This document shows positions 29,228 to 39,280 of a DNA stretch of 64,000 nucleotides, one piece after another. Position 1 is the first letter of the stretch. Each line of letters starts with the position of its first letter. The position numbers and the translations under genes were made by a program. The stretch is taken from assembly GCA_965277715.1 (NCBI GenBank), contig OZ255836.1, positions 704,001 through 768,000 of the forward strand, written 5' to 3'. This DNA comes from Gammaproteobacteria bacterium. Lineage in GTDB: Bacteria; Pseudomonadota; Gammaproteobacteria; JBCCGL01. The notes under the pieces are model-generated. The model did not search any database. It worked only from the letters and a program-made list of their open reading frames with translations, and had not been told where the DNA came from.

Positions 29228-29373
29228 TCAATTTCCAGCCAGTAAGCTTTCATCAATCGGTTAACCAACTAAGAATGACTCACACACTGAAAATAAAATG
29301 CTTTACCTTCAGTGTTATAAAACACGCTCGTGGCAACTCAAACGATTGTTAAGTTAAAAGGTGTTATGTGTAT

Positions 29374-29392
29374 TTGGTATACAATATACCAA
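29374..29392. promoter_or_regulatory. Putative GntR operator TTGGTATA-CAA-TATACCAA
   Basis: Perfect 8-bp IR upstream of gntR; 17/19 copy at 33081-33099. Confidence 0.7.
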
Positions 29393-29483
29393 TGCTTATT
29401 TTGAATCAAGAAAGACATGCCGCTATCCAGTTTTTATAAGCACTTAAAAATAGCGGTTGGCTTTTGATGTGCTTTTAGGCGTT

Positions 29484-31001
29484 TTAGGTACGGTTGCGTA
29501 TTTTACCGTAAAGCATCATAAACAAAGGCATGAAAAGCAATAACATTGCTATAACCATAATAGGCCCGGCGTAAGGGCGGTTAAAAAAGATCGAAAACGA
29601 TCCACCACTGATTAACAACGATTGACGCAGGGCAGGTTCAGCCAGTGGCCCCAAGACGATGGCCAGTACCGCAGGCGCCAGCGGGTAGTCGAGTTTGCGC
29701 ATGAGGTAGCCGACAATACCGAAGGTCAGCATCAGCCACAAATCGTGCATACTCTGTGTGGGGGCATAGCCGCCAATCAGGCATAGCACAAAAATGATCG
29801 GTGCAAGGATAGTGAACGGCGTTTTCAGTATTTTGATAAATACCGGAATAAACGCAACATTGATAATCACCGCAAACAGATTAGCAGCATATAAGGAGGC
29901 AATTAGCCCCCAAACAAAATTACTGTGTTCAACAAATAACAACGGCCCAGGCTCCAGTCCCCAGATAACCATGCCACCCAGTAAGATAGCGGTGGTCGGT
30001 GACCCCGGAATACCCAGCGTCAGCATCGGTAACATTGAACCCGTGCTGGCGGCATTGTTCGCCGCCTCTGGAGCGCATACCCCCTCAACGGCACCGTGGC
30101 CAAATTTCTCAGGCTCTTTGGAAATTTGTTTAGCAATACCGTAGGCCATCAGTGAGCCTGGTGTTGCCCCTGCTGCGGGTAAAATACCGACAAAGTAACC
30201 CAAAAATGAACCCATCACAGACGCTTTCCAGGTGCTCAACAACTCGCGCAGGTTATCCATTGTACGTTTGACGGTGACTGTGGCCTCAGACAACATGCTT
30301 TTACCGCCGCCCAGGCAGTGTTCTTCCACTGTCCAGAGCATTTCGCCAATACCGTAAATGCCAATGGCCAGCACCAAAAAATTAATGCCATGCAAAAAAC
30401 CGGTGATATCACCAAAGATCAGGCGGGGTTCGCCAGAGAGAATATCGAGCCCCACCGCGCTTAATACCAGGCCAATGCAGATGGAAAACAAGGTTTTGTA
30501 AAGGTCATCCCCACCCAACCCGACAAAGGTGGCAAAGGCCAACATCATCAGGGCAAACTCTTCTGGTGCACCAAATACCAGCGCAACGTGCGCCAGGGGC
30601 GGGGCAAAGAAGGTGAATAAAATGACAGAGATAGTGCCGCCGATGAAAGAAGCGACAGCGGCGGCGGTAAGTGCCTTGTCAGCCAGGCCCTGTTTAGCAA
30701 GTGGTCGTCCGTCGAATGTTGTTGCCACGGCAGTAGAGGCCCCGGGAATACCGAGCATCACCGAGGAAATAGCGCCGCCATACATTGCGCCGTAGTAAAT
30801 AGCGGCGAGAAATATAATCGCACCGGTAGGTGGCACCAGAAATGTCAGGGGCAGTAGTATGGCTACGCCGTTAACTGAACCCAGGCCCGGCATTGCGCCG
30901 ATAAATAGCCCCAGTGCACAGCCAACGAAGATCAGCATTAAATTCAACGGTTCAAATACTGTGACAAAACCGTCTGCCAGGAATCCCAGAATTTCAAACA
31001 T
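29484..31001 (-). CDS. tctA: Tripartite tricarboxylate transporter permease TctA
   Basis: GAMPGLG, YYGAMYGG, APEAANNA, LTLGIPGS. Confidence 0.93.
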   Translation of the reverse strand: MFEILGFLADGFVTVFEPLNLMLIFVGCALGLFIGAMPGLGSVNGVAILLPLTFLVPPTGAIIFLAAIYYGAMYGGAISSVMLGIPGASTAVATTFDGRPLAKQGLADKALTAAAVASFIGGTISVILFTFFAPPLAHVALVFGAPEEFALMMLAFATFVGLGGDDLYKTLFSICIGLVLSAVGLDILSGEPRLIFGDITGFLHGINFLVLAIGIYGIGEMLWTVEEHCLGGGKSMLSEATVTVKRTMDNLRELLSTWKASVMGSFLGYFVGILPAAGATPGSLMAYGIAKQISKEPEKFGHGAVEGVCAPEAANNAASTGSMLPMLTLGIPGSPTTAILLGGMVIWGLEPGPLLFVEHSNFVWGLIASLYAANLFAVIINVAFIPVFIKILKTPFTILAPIIFVLCLIGGYAPTQSMHDLWLMLTFGIVGYLMRKLDYPLAPAVLAIVLGPLAEPALRQSLLISGGSFSIFFNRPYAGPIMVIAMLLLFMPLFMMLYGKIRNRT

Positions 31002-31073
31002 ATTCTTATCTCTTTAGCTAATGCAGCAAATCAGTGTAAACCTGACTTTTCACTGTTTATAAATAACGGGTAC

Positions 31074-31577
31074 TTATAAAAACAGCTTGTACAGTGGGTA
31101 AAACAGGGGTTCGGTAATACCTTTGGGTAGTGTGATGTTCAGGGTTATTTCAAAAAAGTAAAAGGTGATTATGGGTGTGAGAATCGACACAGCCACCGAC
31201 AACGTCCAGGAATGCTTACCCAGATAACGCAAATAAAACAGCAGGAATAAAGGCAGGGCGGCGTAGAGGCCAATAAATGAAAACAACCCAACTGTTACAA
31301 TCAGGGAAATGGCAACTGCGCCGACATCCATTAATACCGGTGTCTGGATAAAGGCTTTGTCCGAGGTGGCAACCGGGCCGTGTTTGCGAAACCAGTTAAA
31401 CAGGATACCAATACACGAAACCAGCATAATGGCCGATAACCAGAAAGGCCAGGCACCACCGCCCGGTCCTTCGTCTTCAATCCACCCTATGGGTAATTCG
31501 GCACTCTTATACATTAAGTAAATGGAGAAAACCCCCATCAACAGGCCCATTAACAATTCAGCCGTTCGAACCGTCAT
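31074..31577 (-). CDS. tctB: TctB small membrane subunit
   Basis: 4-5 TM, GPGGGAWP, LPKG; between tctC and tctA. Confidence 0.88.
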   Translation of the reverse strand: MTVRTAELLMGLLMGVFSIYLMYKSAELPIGWIEDEGPGGGAWPFWLSAIMLVSCIGILFNWFRKHGPVATSDKAFIQTPVLMDVGAVAISLIVTVGLFSFIGLYAALPLFLLFYLRYLGKHSWTLSVAVSILTPIITFYFFEITLNITLPKGITEPLFYPLYKLFL

Positions 31578-31602
31578 GATGAAAAATTCCCCTGGTTACC
31601 TA

Positions 31603-31760
31603 AGGGATGCTCTCAATCACTTGGGCAGACCGATTGTGACCCTTTCCGCACTGGCTGTGCTGCAACTTGTCGCAATAGAACCGCTATTACGCCTCATTAA
31701 GCCTTGCCAGCACAAAAAAGGCCTCACAATCGACCTCCCCAGGTAATTGAGAACACCCCC
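31603..31760. mobile_element. MITE-like repeat, copy B (long hairpin)
   Basis: TIRs GGGATGCTCTCAATCAC / GTAATTGAGAACACCCC; about 50-nt imperfect arms; homologous to copy A. Confidence 0.75.
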
Positions 31761-31792
31761 TGACACATAAAAATGCTTGTTTACAAAAGTGC

Positions 31793-32782
31793 TTACTTAA
31801 TAACGCCCATTTCTTTGAGCATTTCACCGTGTATATCGCGCTCACGTTTCCAGTAGGCCATTAATTCATCACCGGTCAACAGGTCACCCTGAAGGCTCTT
31901 TTTGTTGCGGTATTCCTGCCATTTATCTGAGTTAAATACGCGGGTGAACAAATCGGTGTAATACGCTGCTGCTTCATCACTCATGCCCGGCGCGCCGACA
32001 ACGGTGCGCTGCATAAAGTACACAAAATCCTGATCCAGCTCACGGAAAGTGGGTGTATCCGGAAACAGGGGCAGACGATTAGGGGTAAATGCCGCGAGGG
32101 CTTTGGTTTTACCCGCTTCATAGAAGCCGAGTTGTTCAGAAGGGTTGTTAACGGTTGAATCGGCGTTGTTACCTGCCAGCTCTTTGGCTACCTTGCCGCC
32201 CCCTTTGTAGGGGACATACTTCATATCCAGGTCATAGGCGGTATTCAGGAAGTCGGTTAGCAGGTTATCTTCAGAGTTCTTACCTGTACCGGCCATAATC
32301 CATTTATTGCCTTTGGATTTTGCCGCTTTGACAAAGTCGGCCACGTTGTTAATGTCTTTGCGGTCTGAATTTACCCATAACAGAAAGGTGTCTTCTGCCA
32401 TGCGGGCAACCGGCGTGAAGGTGGCAATATCGATACCGAGCTTCGGTTGGCGTAGCGGCGTGGTGTAAAAGCTGTTTAGCGTAAACATGATGGTGTGATC
32501 GTCACCGTCCTTACCTTTCATGTGCACCAGCGCTTCAGCACCGGAGCCACCGGGCTTATTGACAGGGGTAAATGGCACAGGTGCCATATTTTCTGAGGCA
32601 ATAATACTCTGCATCAGGCGCACAGCTTTATCAGCGCCGCCGCCTTTGCCTGCCATAACCACAAACTCGACGGGTTTTTTAGGTTCCCAGGCGGCTTGTA
32701 CTATGGCGGGCAGGCTGATCAGCATAGTGCTGACACCCACCGCACAGACCAGTTTTTTCAAGGTGTGTTTCGATTTAAACAT
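31793..32782 (-). CDS. tctC: TctC/Bug substrate-binding protein
   Basis: Signal peptide, AGKGGGAD, NKPGGSG, VPYKGGG. Confidence 0.92.
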   Translation of the reverse strand: MFKSKHTLKKLVCAVGVSTMLISLPAIVQAAWEPKKPVEFVVMAGKGGGADKAVRLMQSIIASENMAPVPFTPVNKPGGSGAEALVHMKGKDGDDHTIMFTLNSFYTTPLRQPKLGIDIATFTPVARMAEDTFLLWVNSDRKDINNVADFVKAAKSKGNKWIMAGTGKNSEDNLLTDFLNTAYDLDMKYVPYKGGGKVAKELAGNNADSTVNNPSEQLGFYEAGKTKALAAFTPNRLPLFPDTPTFRELDQDFVYFMQRTVVGAPGMSDEAAAYYTDLFTRVFNSDKWQEYRNKKSLQGDLLTGDELMAYWKRERDIHGEMLKEMGVIK

Positions 32783-33080
32783 TAGGATTTTTCCTCCACT
32801 TGTTAATGGATCTGTTGACGATCCAAAAAATCGGCATTTCAGTGTGTAATACACTCAAACACCGCTTGTCGGGTTCCAGCGAGGGCGCCCGAACACTAGA
32901 ATGCCGTATCAAGGCATTGTATTTATCGTATACCACGTTCTTTTCGCCATGGGCAATAAGTGCTCTTTAGAAAGCGCTAAACCGACCGAAGCATTTTCCA
33001 GGCGTAAACGCTTTATTGGCAAATTAACGATGATCGTCAGTTTGTCCGCCGTGCTGAATGTATTTTTATTTATGACAGAT

Positions 33081-33099
33081 TTTGTATATTGTATACCAT
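33081..33099. promoter_or_regulatory. Second putative GntR operator TTTGTATATTGTATACCAT
   Basis: 17/19 identical to the reverse complement of 29374-29392, in the tctC/FAH divergent region. Confidence 0.65.
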
Positions 33100-33250
33100 C
33101 TTGTCAAGATCAGACTCACAGACAAATGATCAATGACATAGCGATGTGCTGTTTTTCTAGTATAGAGTACATCTAAAAAACTTTTCGATTTTCAGATGTT
33201 TAAACCTGAAAACACAGTAATCAATAACTTTAAACAATGCGGAAGCGGCA

Positions 33251-34033
33251 GTGATGATAAAAAAATGGGTGCGTTATGAACACGCTGGCCAACAAGGTTT
33301 TGGGCTGTTTGATGGTGAAATAATTCACTGTCACAGTGGCAGTATGTTTGATAACCCACACGCTGACGGAACAACACTGCGGTGTGAGGACGTGCGTCTA
33401 TTGTCACCCTGTCGGCCTGGAAAGATTGTCGCCATGTGGAATAACTTCCATCAGTTGGCAGCGGCACAGAACTGGGAACTACCGGAATTCCCTTTCTATT
33501 TTATTAAGCCAGGTAGCTGTGTTATAGGCCACCAAGGGGAAATCATTCACCCACAGGGTTACGATGGCCGGGTTATCTACGAAGGTGAATTGGGTATTGT
33601 GATGGGCAAAGCCTGCAAAGGTGTGAGTCGTGATGAGGCAGCCGATTATGTGCTCGGCTACACCTGTGTGAACGATGTGACAGCTATCCACCTGCTTTAC
33701 AAGTATGCTGCCTTCCCACAGTGGACCCGCTCAAAGAGCTTTGATACGTTTGGCGCGATTGGCCCCTGTATTACGGCACTGGACAACCCTGATTCACTGA
33801 TTGTAAAGACGCAGGTGAATGGCGAAGAACGCCAAAACTACCCTGTTTCTGATATGGTATTTTCACCTTTGGATCTGGTGAGTTTAGTATCCGGGGATAT
33901 GACGTTAAACCCAGGGGACGTGATTGCCTGTGGAACATCCTTAGGCGTAAAAACGATGAAACCCGATACCACGGTCGACGTGGTTATTGAAGGGGTTGGC
34001 ACGTTGACTAATTATTATATGACTGCTAGTTAG
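33251..34033 (+). CDS. Fumarylacetoacetate hydrolase family protein
   Basis: YEGEL, GYTCVNDVT, KSFDTF, GDVIACGT. Confidence 0.93.
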   Translation: MMIKKWVRYEHAGQQGFGLFDGEIIHCHSGSMFDNPHADGTTLRCEDVRLLSPCRPGKIVAMWNNFHQLAAAQNWELPEFPFYFIKPGSCVIGHQGEIIHPQGYDGRVIYEGELGIVMGKACKGVSRDEAADYVLGYTCVNDVTAIHLLYKYAAFPQWTRSKSFDTFGAIGPCITALDNPDSLIVKTQVNGEERQNYPVSDMVFSPLDLVSLVSGDMTLNPGDVIACGTSLGVKTMKPDTTVDVVIEGVGTLTNYYMTAS

Positions 34034-34063
34034 CACATTAAGCAATGTAGAGGTATAAAGATA

Positions 34064-35653
34064 ATGAGAGATTATCAACTACCTGGCCGTTCGGCGGTGA
34101 TGAGCACTGAAGTTATGGCGGCGACCAGCCAGCCGATGGCAACCCAGGTAGCACTGCAAATCCTTCGCGATGGTGGTAATGCGTTGGATGCGGCGATTGC
34201 AGCGAGTGCGACTTTATCGGTAGTCGAGAGCTACTCTTCAGGGATTGGCGGGGATTGCTTTATTTTGTACCACGAGGCGGCGAGCGGTAAGTTGCACGCA
34301 TTGAACGGCAGCGGTCGATCACCCGCTGCGGCAACGCCTGATGCGATGCATTCACGCGGGCACACCAGTATGCCGGACAGTGGTATTTTACCGGTGACGG
34401 TACCCGGTGCTATCGATGCCTGGTATACGGCAAATCAGGCACTCGGCAGGCTCGATTTTGCCGAACTGCTGCAAGCGGCTATTGGCTACGCTGAACAGGG
34501 TTACGTGGTCAGCCCGGTGATTGCACACAACTGGCAAACCAGCGAATCGTTACTGGCACAAACCCCGGAAGCGGCCGCAGCCTATTTGGTTAATGGGAAA
34601 GCCCCTATGGTAGGGAGTGTACACCGGCAACCTGATTTAGCGAGAAGCCTGCAGGCGATTGCCAAACAAGGCCGCGATGCTTTGTATTGTGGTGAGATTG
34701 CCGAGGAGATTGTCCGCTTCAGCAATAGCCACAATGGTCTGTTGAGCCTGGATGATTTTTCCCAACACCGTTCTGAATGGGTCGAGCCAATCAGTAGTGA
34801 TTACCGGGGGTACACTGTTTGCGAGATTCCGCCAAACGGGCAGGGCATCACCACACTAATGGCATTGAATATAATGGCGCAAACCAATGTTGCCGATTTC
34901 GCGCATCTGGGTGCTGACCATGTACAGCTTCTCAGTGAGGCATTTTCATTGGCGATGGCCGAGCGTGACCGGTTTGTCAGTGATTCAGCCTTTAATACAT
35001 TGCCAGTGGAAAAACTGCTATCGGATGCATTTGCGGCGCAGCAGTTTGGCCGGATCAACTTTGCTCAGGCGTTATCCCAACCGGTAGCGTCTGCTCTACC
35101 TAACCATAAAGACACCGTTTACCTGACGGTGGTCGACAAAGACCGCAATGCGTGCTCCTTTATTAACAGTGTGTTCTATTCTTGGGGAAGCGGATTGGTG
35201 GCGGGTAATACGGGCATTAATCTACAAAATCGCGGGGGCGGTTTCACACTTGAAGAAGGGCATTTCAATCAGCTTGAACCAGGTAAAAGGCCGATGCATA
35301 CAATTATCCCGGCAATGGTATACAAGGCGGGAAAACCGGTGCTTAGCTTTGGCGTAATGGGGGGGCAGTACCAGGCGATGGGGCAGGCCTATGTATTGTC
35401 AAACTGGATTGATTACGCAATGGATATGCAGGCATCACTGGATGCTGCACGATTCTTTCTCTACGACGGTGAACTGTCAGTTGAGACCGGCGTACCGCAG
35501 GAAACGCGCCGTTTACTGGCTGAACGTGGCCACCGGTTGGTCGACGCAGATTCACCGCACGGGGGAGGGCAGGCCATCTGTATCGATTGGGAAAACGGTG
35601 TTTTACAAGGTGGTTCAGACCCCAGAAAGGATGGCCTGGCGGCAGGGTATTGA
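34064..35653 (+). CDS. Gamma-glutamyltransferase family Ntn-hydrolase
   Basis: GGNALDAAIA, GIGGD, KD|TVY autocleavage Thr, KRPMHTIIP, GGSDPRKDG. Confidence 0.92.
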   Translation: MRDYQLPGRSAVMSTEVMAATSQPMATQVALQILRDGGNALDAAIAASATLSVVESYSSGIGGDCFILYHEAASGKLHALNGSGRSPAAATPDAMHSRGHTSMPDSGILPVTVPGAIDAWYTANQALGRLDFAELLQAAIGYAEQGYVVSPVIAHNWQTSESLLAQTPEAAAAYLVNGKAPMVGSVHRQPDLARSLQAIAKQGRDALYCGEIAEEIVRFSNSHNGLLSLDDFSQHRSEWVEPISSDYRGYTVCEIPPNGQGITTLMALNIMAQTNVADFAHLGADHVQLLSEAFSLAMAERDRFVSDSAFNTLPVEKLLSDAFAAQQFGRINFAQALSQPVASALPNHKDTVYLTVVDKDRNACSFINSVFYSWGSGLVAGNTGINLQNRGGGFTLEEGHFNQLEPGKRPMHTIIPAMVYKAGKPVLSFGVMGGQYQAMGQAYVLSNWIDYAMDMQASLDAARFFLYDGELSVETGVPQETRRLLAERGHRLVDADSPHGGGQAICIDWENGVLQGGSDPRKDGLAAGY

Positions 35654-35771
35654 CGCACAGGCATTGAACTACTAACGGTGAGTTCAAACGGCAGGTAATT
35701 TCGCGAATGCTACGAAGGCTATGCGTGAGCGCCGGTACTGCAACATAAATTTGCCGCACTACATTGAAGTA

Positions 35772-35921
35772 TGCTATAAAGCGCCCGCGCAAAAGGCGCC
35801 TATTTTCCCCTGGTTGAAACACACCAGGTATTTCACACGCACACCAGCAAGATTTAGCCGGGTGCCAACAGTGCTTCGGGACGGTTGGTTGGTTGTAATC
35901 GGTGTGCGGAGGTCTAACCCA
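35772..35921 (+). promoter_or_regulatory. rpsB extended -10 promoter (TGCTATAAA) and S2/t44 leader RNA
   Basis: TGcTATAAA-GCGCCCGC; cacacgcacacc...gggtg...ggtgtgcggaggtctaaccc pattern as in the t44 leader. Confidence 0.7.
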
Positions 35922-35939
35922 TACTAATGAGGTAATTTC

Positions 35940-36833
35940 ATGGCGAAAGTCAGCATGCGCCAAATGCTTGAAGCAGGCGTACACTTCGGTCACCAAACCC
36001 GTTATTGGTGCCCAAAAATGGCTCCCTATATTTATGGCGAGCGCAATAAAATTCATATCTTCAACCTCGAAAGCACCCTGCCGATGTTTGAGGATTCACT
36101 CAACTTCCTCGGTAAACTGGCATCCCGCCACGGTCGCATTATGTTCGTTGGCACTAAGCGTGCTGCGCGTGATGCCGTGCAGGAGGCCGCCCGTTCCTGC
36201 GGTATGCCGTATGTCAATCGACGCTGGCTCGGTGGCATGATGACCAACTTCAAAACCGTGCGTCAATCGATTAAGCGCTTAAAGGAAATTGAGGAAATGC
36301 TGGCCGATGGCGCTGTCGACCGCTTGAGCAAAAAAGAATCGTTGAGCCTGAGTCGCGAGCTGGAAAAGCTTGAACGCAGCCTGGGGGGTATCAAAGAGAT
36401 GGAAAGACTGCCAGATGCCCTGTTTGTTGTCGATGTCGGCCATGAAAAAATCGCTATTGCCGAAGCCCGCAAACTGGGCATTCCGATTGTGGCGGTTGTC
36501 GACAGTAATAGCCCTCCCGATAATATCGATTACCTGATCCCCGGTAACGATGATGCTATCCGCGCTATTCAGTTGTATGTAAGCGCAGCGGCAGAGGCGA
36601 TTCAGGAAGGCAAGGCATCGGTCAATGTACCTGGTAGTGATGAGTTTGTCGAAATAGACCCGGATCAGGAAGCCGCTACAAATAAAACCAGTACGAAAAA
36701 AGTCACGGTGAAATCAAAAAAAGTAACTGACGAGGTCGCCGCCTCAAGTGAGGAAGCAGCGGTTGAAGAAGTGCCTGAAGTTGCCGGGGCGACAGATGAT
36801 ACCGATGTTGAACAAGGTCGTGTCGAAGCGTAA
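35940..36833 (+). CDS. rpsB: 30S ribosomal protein S2
   Basis: [33 protein letters not shown]. Confidence 0.99.
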   Translation: MAKVSMRQMLEAGVHFGHQTRYWCPKMAPYIYGERNKIHIFNLESTLPMFEDSLNFLGKLASRHGRIMFVGTKRAARDAVQEAARSCGMPYVNRRWLGGMMTNFKTVRQSIKRLKEIEEMLADGAVDRLSKKESLSLSRELEKLERSLGGIKEMERLPDALFVVDVGHEKIAIAEARKLGIPIVAVVDSNSPPDNIDYLIPGNDDAIRAIQLYVSAAAEAIQEGKASVNVPGSDEFVEIDPDQEAATNKTSTKKVTVKSKKVTDEVAASSEEAAVEEVPEVAGATDDTDVEQGRVEA

Positions 36834-36884
36834 AAACAGACGTTTCCACTCCTCAGTTAGTTGATTAAATTTAGAGGCTTATAC

Positions 36885-37772
36885 ATGCAAATTACGGCTG
36901 GAATGGTCAAAGAACTGCGCGAACGTACTGGCGCAGGTATGATGGAATGTAAAAAGGCATTGGTTGAAACCGACGGTGATATCGATGTCGCTATTGAGCA
37001 GATGCGCATAGCGGGTCTTGCCAGGGCGGATAAGAAATCGGGGCGTATAGCGGCCGATGGCACTATCGCTATTTGTATCGCGGAGGATGGGAAATCGGCG
37101 TCGATGCTCGAAGTCAATTGCGAAACTGATTTTGTGTCAAAGGGCGATGGTTTTTGTGCTTTCGCGGGCGATATTGCCAGTCGGATACTCTCTGATGCCC
37201 CTAGTGATGTCGAGCGTTTGCTTGAACTGCCGATGGGCGGTGGTGAGCAAATCATCAATACGGCACGCCAGGCACTGGTTACTAAAGTTGGTGAAAATAT
37301 TCAGGTGCGTCGTTTCGTTCGCGAATCCACCGATAGCGGTGTGTTTGGTAGTTACTCGCACGGTGCGCGTATCGGGGTAATTGTCTGTGTGGAAGGTGGT
37401 GGCGATGCTGCACTGGCAAAAGATATCGCCATGCATGTCGCGGCCAGCAAACCGGAATGTATCTCCGAAGAAGGTGTACCCGCTGAATTACTGGCGAAAG
37501 AAAAAGCGATTTTAATCGCTGAGGCACAGGAGAGTGGTAAGCCGGATAATATCATTGAGAAAATGGTTGAAGGGCGTATCAAAAAATATCTGGCCGAAAT
37601 AACGTTGGTCGGGCAGCCGTTTGTCAAGAACCCCGATGTGACTGTGGGTCAGTTGTTGGCATCGTCTGGCGCCACCGTTGCCTTTTTCAAACGTTTTGAG
37701 GTGGGTGAAGGCATTGAGAAAAAGGAAGAGAATTTTGCCGATGAAGTTATGGCACAGGTGCATGGAAGTTAA
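36885..37772 (+). CDS. tsf: Elongation factor Ts
   Basis: VKELRERTGAGMMECKKAL, EVNCETDFV. Confidence 0.99.
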   Translation: MQITAGMVKELRERTGAGMMECKKALVETDGDIDVAIEQMRIAGLARADKKSGRIAADGTIAICIAEDGKSASMLEVNCETDFVSKGDGFCAFAGDIASRILSDAPSDVERLLELPMGGGEQIINTARQALVTKVGENIQVRRFVRESTDSGVFGSYSHGARIGVIVCVEGGGDAALAKDIAMHVAASKPECISEEGVPAELLAKEKAILIAEAQESGKPDNIIEKMVEGRIKKYLAEITLVGQPFVKNPDVTVGQLLASSGATVAFFKRFEVGEGIEKKEENFADEVMAQVHGS

Positions 37773-37800
37773 ACTTTCCACTGTGACAGAATAAGTGACG

Positions 37801-37826
37801 AAAAGCCGGGGTCTCCCCGGCTTTTT
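37801..37826 (+). terminator. Rho-independent terminator after tsf
   Basis: AAAAGCCGGGG-tct-CCCCGGCTTTTT. Confidence 0.85.
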
Positions 37827-37944
37827 AGTGTATGTAATAAAAATTTCTGAGTTAAAGCGTCACAAAACCGCGTAACAGGTCGCACCGGGAGGCTTAATTC
37901 AGTAAACTCCGAACAGTTTTTTTGAAGGTATTGAACACTATCTA

Positions 37945-38676
37945 ATGCGTGAATCAACAGATGGAAAATACAAGCGGTTATTGCTCAAACTGAGCGGTGA
38001 GGCATTGATGGGGGGTGAGAATTACGGCATCGATCCCGCCTATATCAAACGTATTGCCAATGAAATCAAACAGTTGGTGGAAATGGAGTTTGAAGTGGCG
38101 ATTGTTATTGGCGGTGGCAATATTTTTCGTGGTGCCGGTTTGGCTGAAGCGGGAATGGACCGGGTGACGGGTGATCATATCGGTATGTTAGCCACAGTGA
38201 TCAACAGCTTGTCACTACAGGATGCCCTGGAGCAGCTCGGTGTGTTTTGCCGCGTTATGTCAGCGCTGAAGATCAATGAGGTGTGTGAGGATTACCTCCG
38301 CCGCCGGGCCATACGCCATCTACAAAAAGGGCGTGTGGTTATTTTTGCCGCAGGCACGGGCAACCCGTTTTTTACCACCGATACTGCTGCCAGTTTACGG
38401 GCCGTGGAAATCGGGGCAGATTTGATGTTGAAAGCCACCAAGGTCGATGGCATATACTCTGCCGATCCGATGCAGGATGAACAGGCAGTACGCTACTCGC
38501 GTATCACCTATGCTCAGGTACTGACCGATAATTTGCAGGTGATGGATACGACAGCAATTGTCATGTGCCGGGATCACGACATCCCACTGTATATTTTTAA
38601 TTTGAACAATGAAGGTGATTTGATCCGCGCTGTGAACGGTGAAAGTGTTGGGTCCATCGTTGAACGAGGTGAGTAA
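37945..38676 (+). CDS. pyrH: UMP kinase
   Basis: [25 protein letters not shown]. Confidence 0.99.
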   Translation: MRESTDGKYKRLLLKLSGEALMGGENYGIDPAYIKRIANEIKQLVEMEFEVAIVIGGGNIFRGAGLAEAGMDRVTGDHIGMLATVINSLSLQDALEQLGVFCRVMSALKINEVCEDYLRRRAIRHLQKGRVVIFAAGTGNPFFTTDTAASLRAVEIGADLMLKATKVDGIYSADPMQDEQAVRYSRITYAQVLTDNLQVMDTTAIVMCRDHDIPLYIFNLNNEGDLIRAVNGESVGSIVERGE

Positions 38677-39233
38677 TGATTGACGATATTATCGAAGATA
38701 CAAAGCTGCGCATGGGAAAAAGTGTCGCCTCTCTGAGTCAGGATTTTGACCGTGTGCGCACAGGGCGTGCGCACACCAGCTTACTGGATCATATTACGGT
38801 TGAATATTACGGTAGTCTTGTGCCGCTCAATCAGGTCGCCAATGTGGGGGTCGATGATGCGCGCACACTATCGGTGACACCCTGGGAAAAGCCTATGGTA
38901 TCGGTCGTGGAAAAAGCCATTATCAACTCCGACCTTGGGCTCAACCCGACAACGGCGGGCACGGTTATCCGCATTCCACTGCCGCCGTTGACGGAAGAGC
39001 GCCGTAAAGACCTGGTTAAGGTGGTTAAGCACGAGGCGGAAAATGGCCGGGTGGCCGTGCGCAATATTCGCCGCGATGCAAACAGTGACCTGAAAACCCT
39101 GCTCAAAGACAAGAATATTTCTGAAGATGAAGAGCGCCGTGCGCAGGACAACGTACAGAAACTCACCGATAAACATATAAAACAAGTGGATGGCGCGCTG
39201 GCAGAGAAAGAGAAGGAATTGATGGACTTTTAG
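38676..39233 (+). CDS. frr: Ribosome recycling factor
   Basis: [21 protein letters not shown]. Confidence 0.99.
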   Translation: MIDDIIEDTKLRMGKSVASLSQDFDRVRTGRAHTSLLDHITVEYYGSLVPLNQVANVGVDDARTLSVTPWEKPMVSVVEKAIINSDLGLNPTTAGTVIRIPLPPLTEERRKDLVKVVKHEAENGRVAVRNIRRDANSDLKTLLKDKNISEDEERRAQDNVQKLTDKHIKQVDGALAEKEKELMDF

Positions 39234-39280
39234 CGGTTTTTCAATCGATTTTACCTGTCATTCATAACCAGACCGAATTA

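Noticed and set aside
35343-36056. 237-aa antisense ORF (also 43917-44552 and other overlapping ORFs)
   Set aside because: Shadow frames of well-supported genes, with no recognisable motifs
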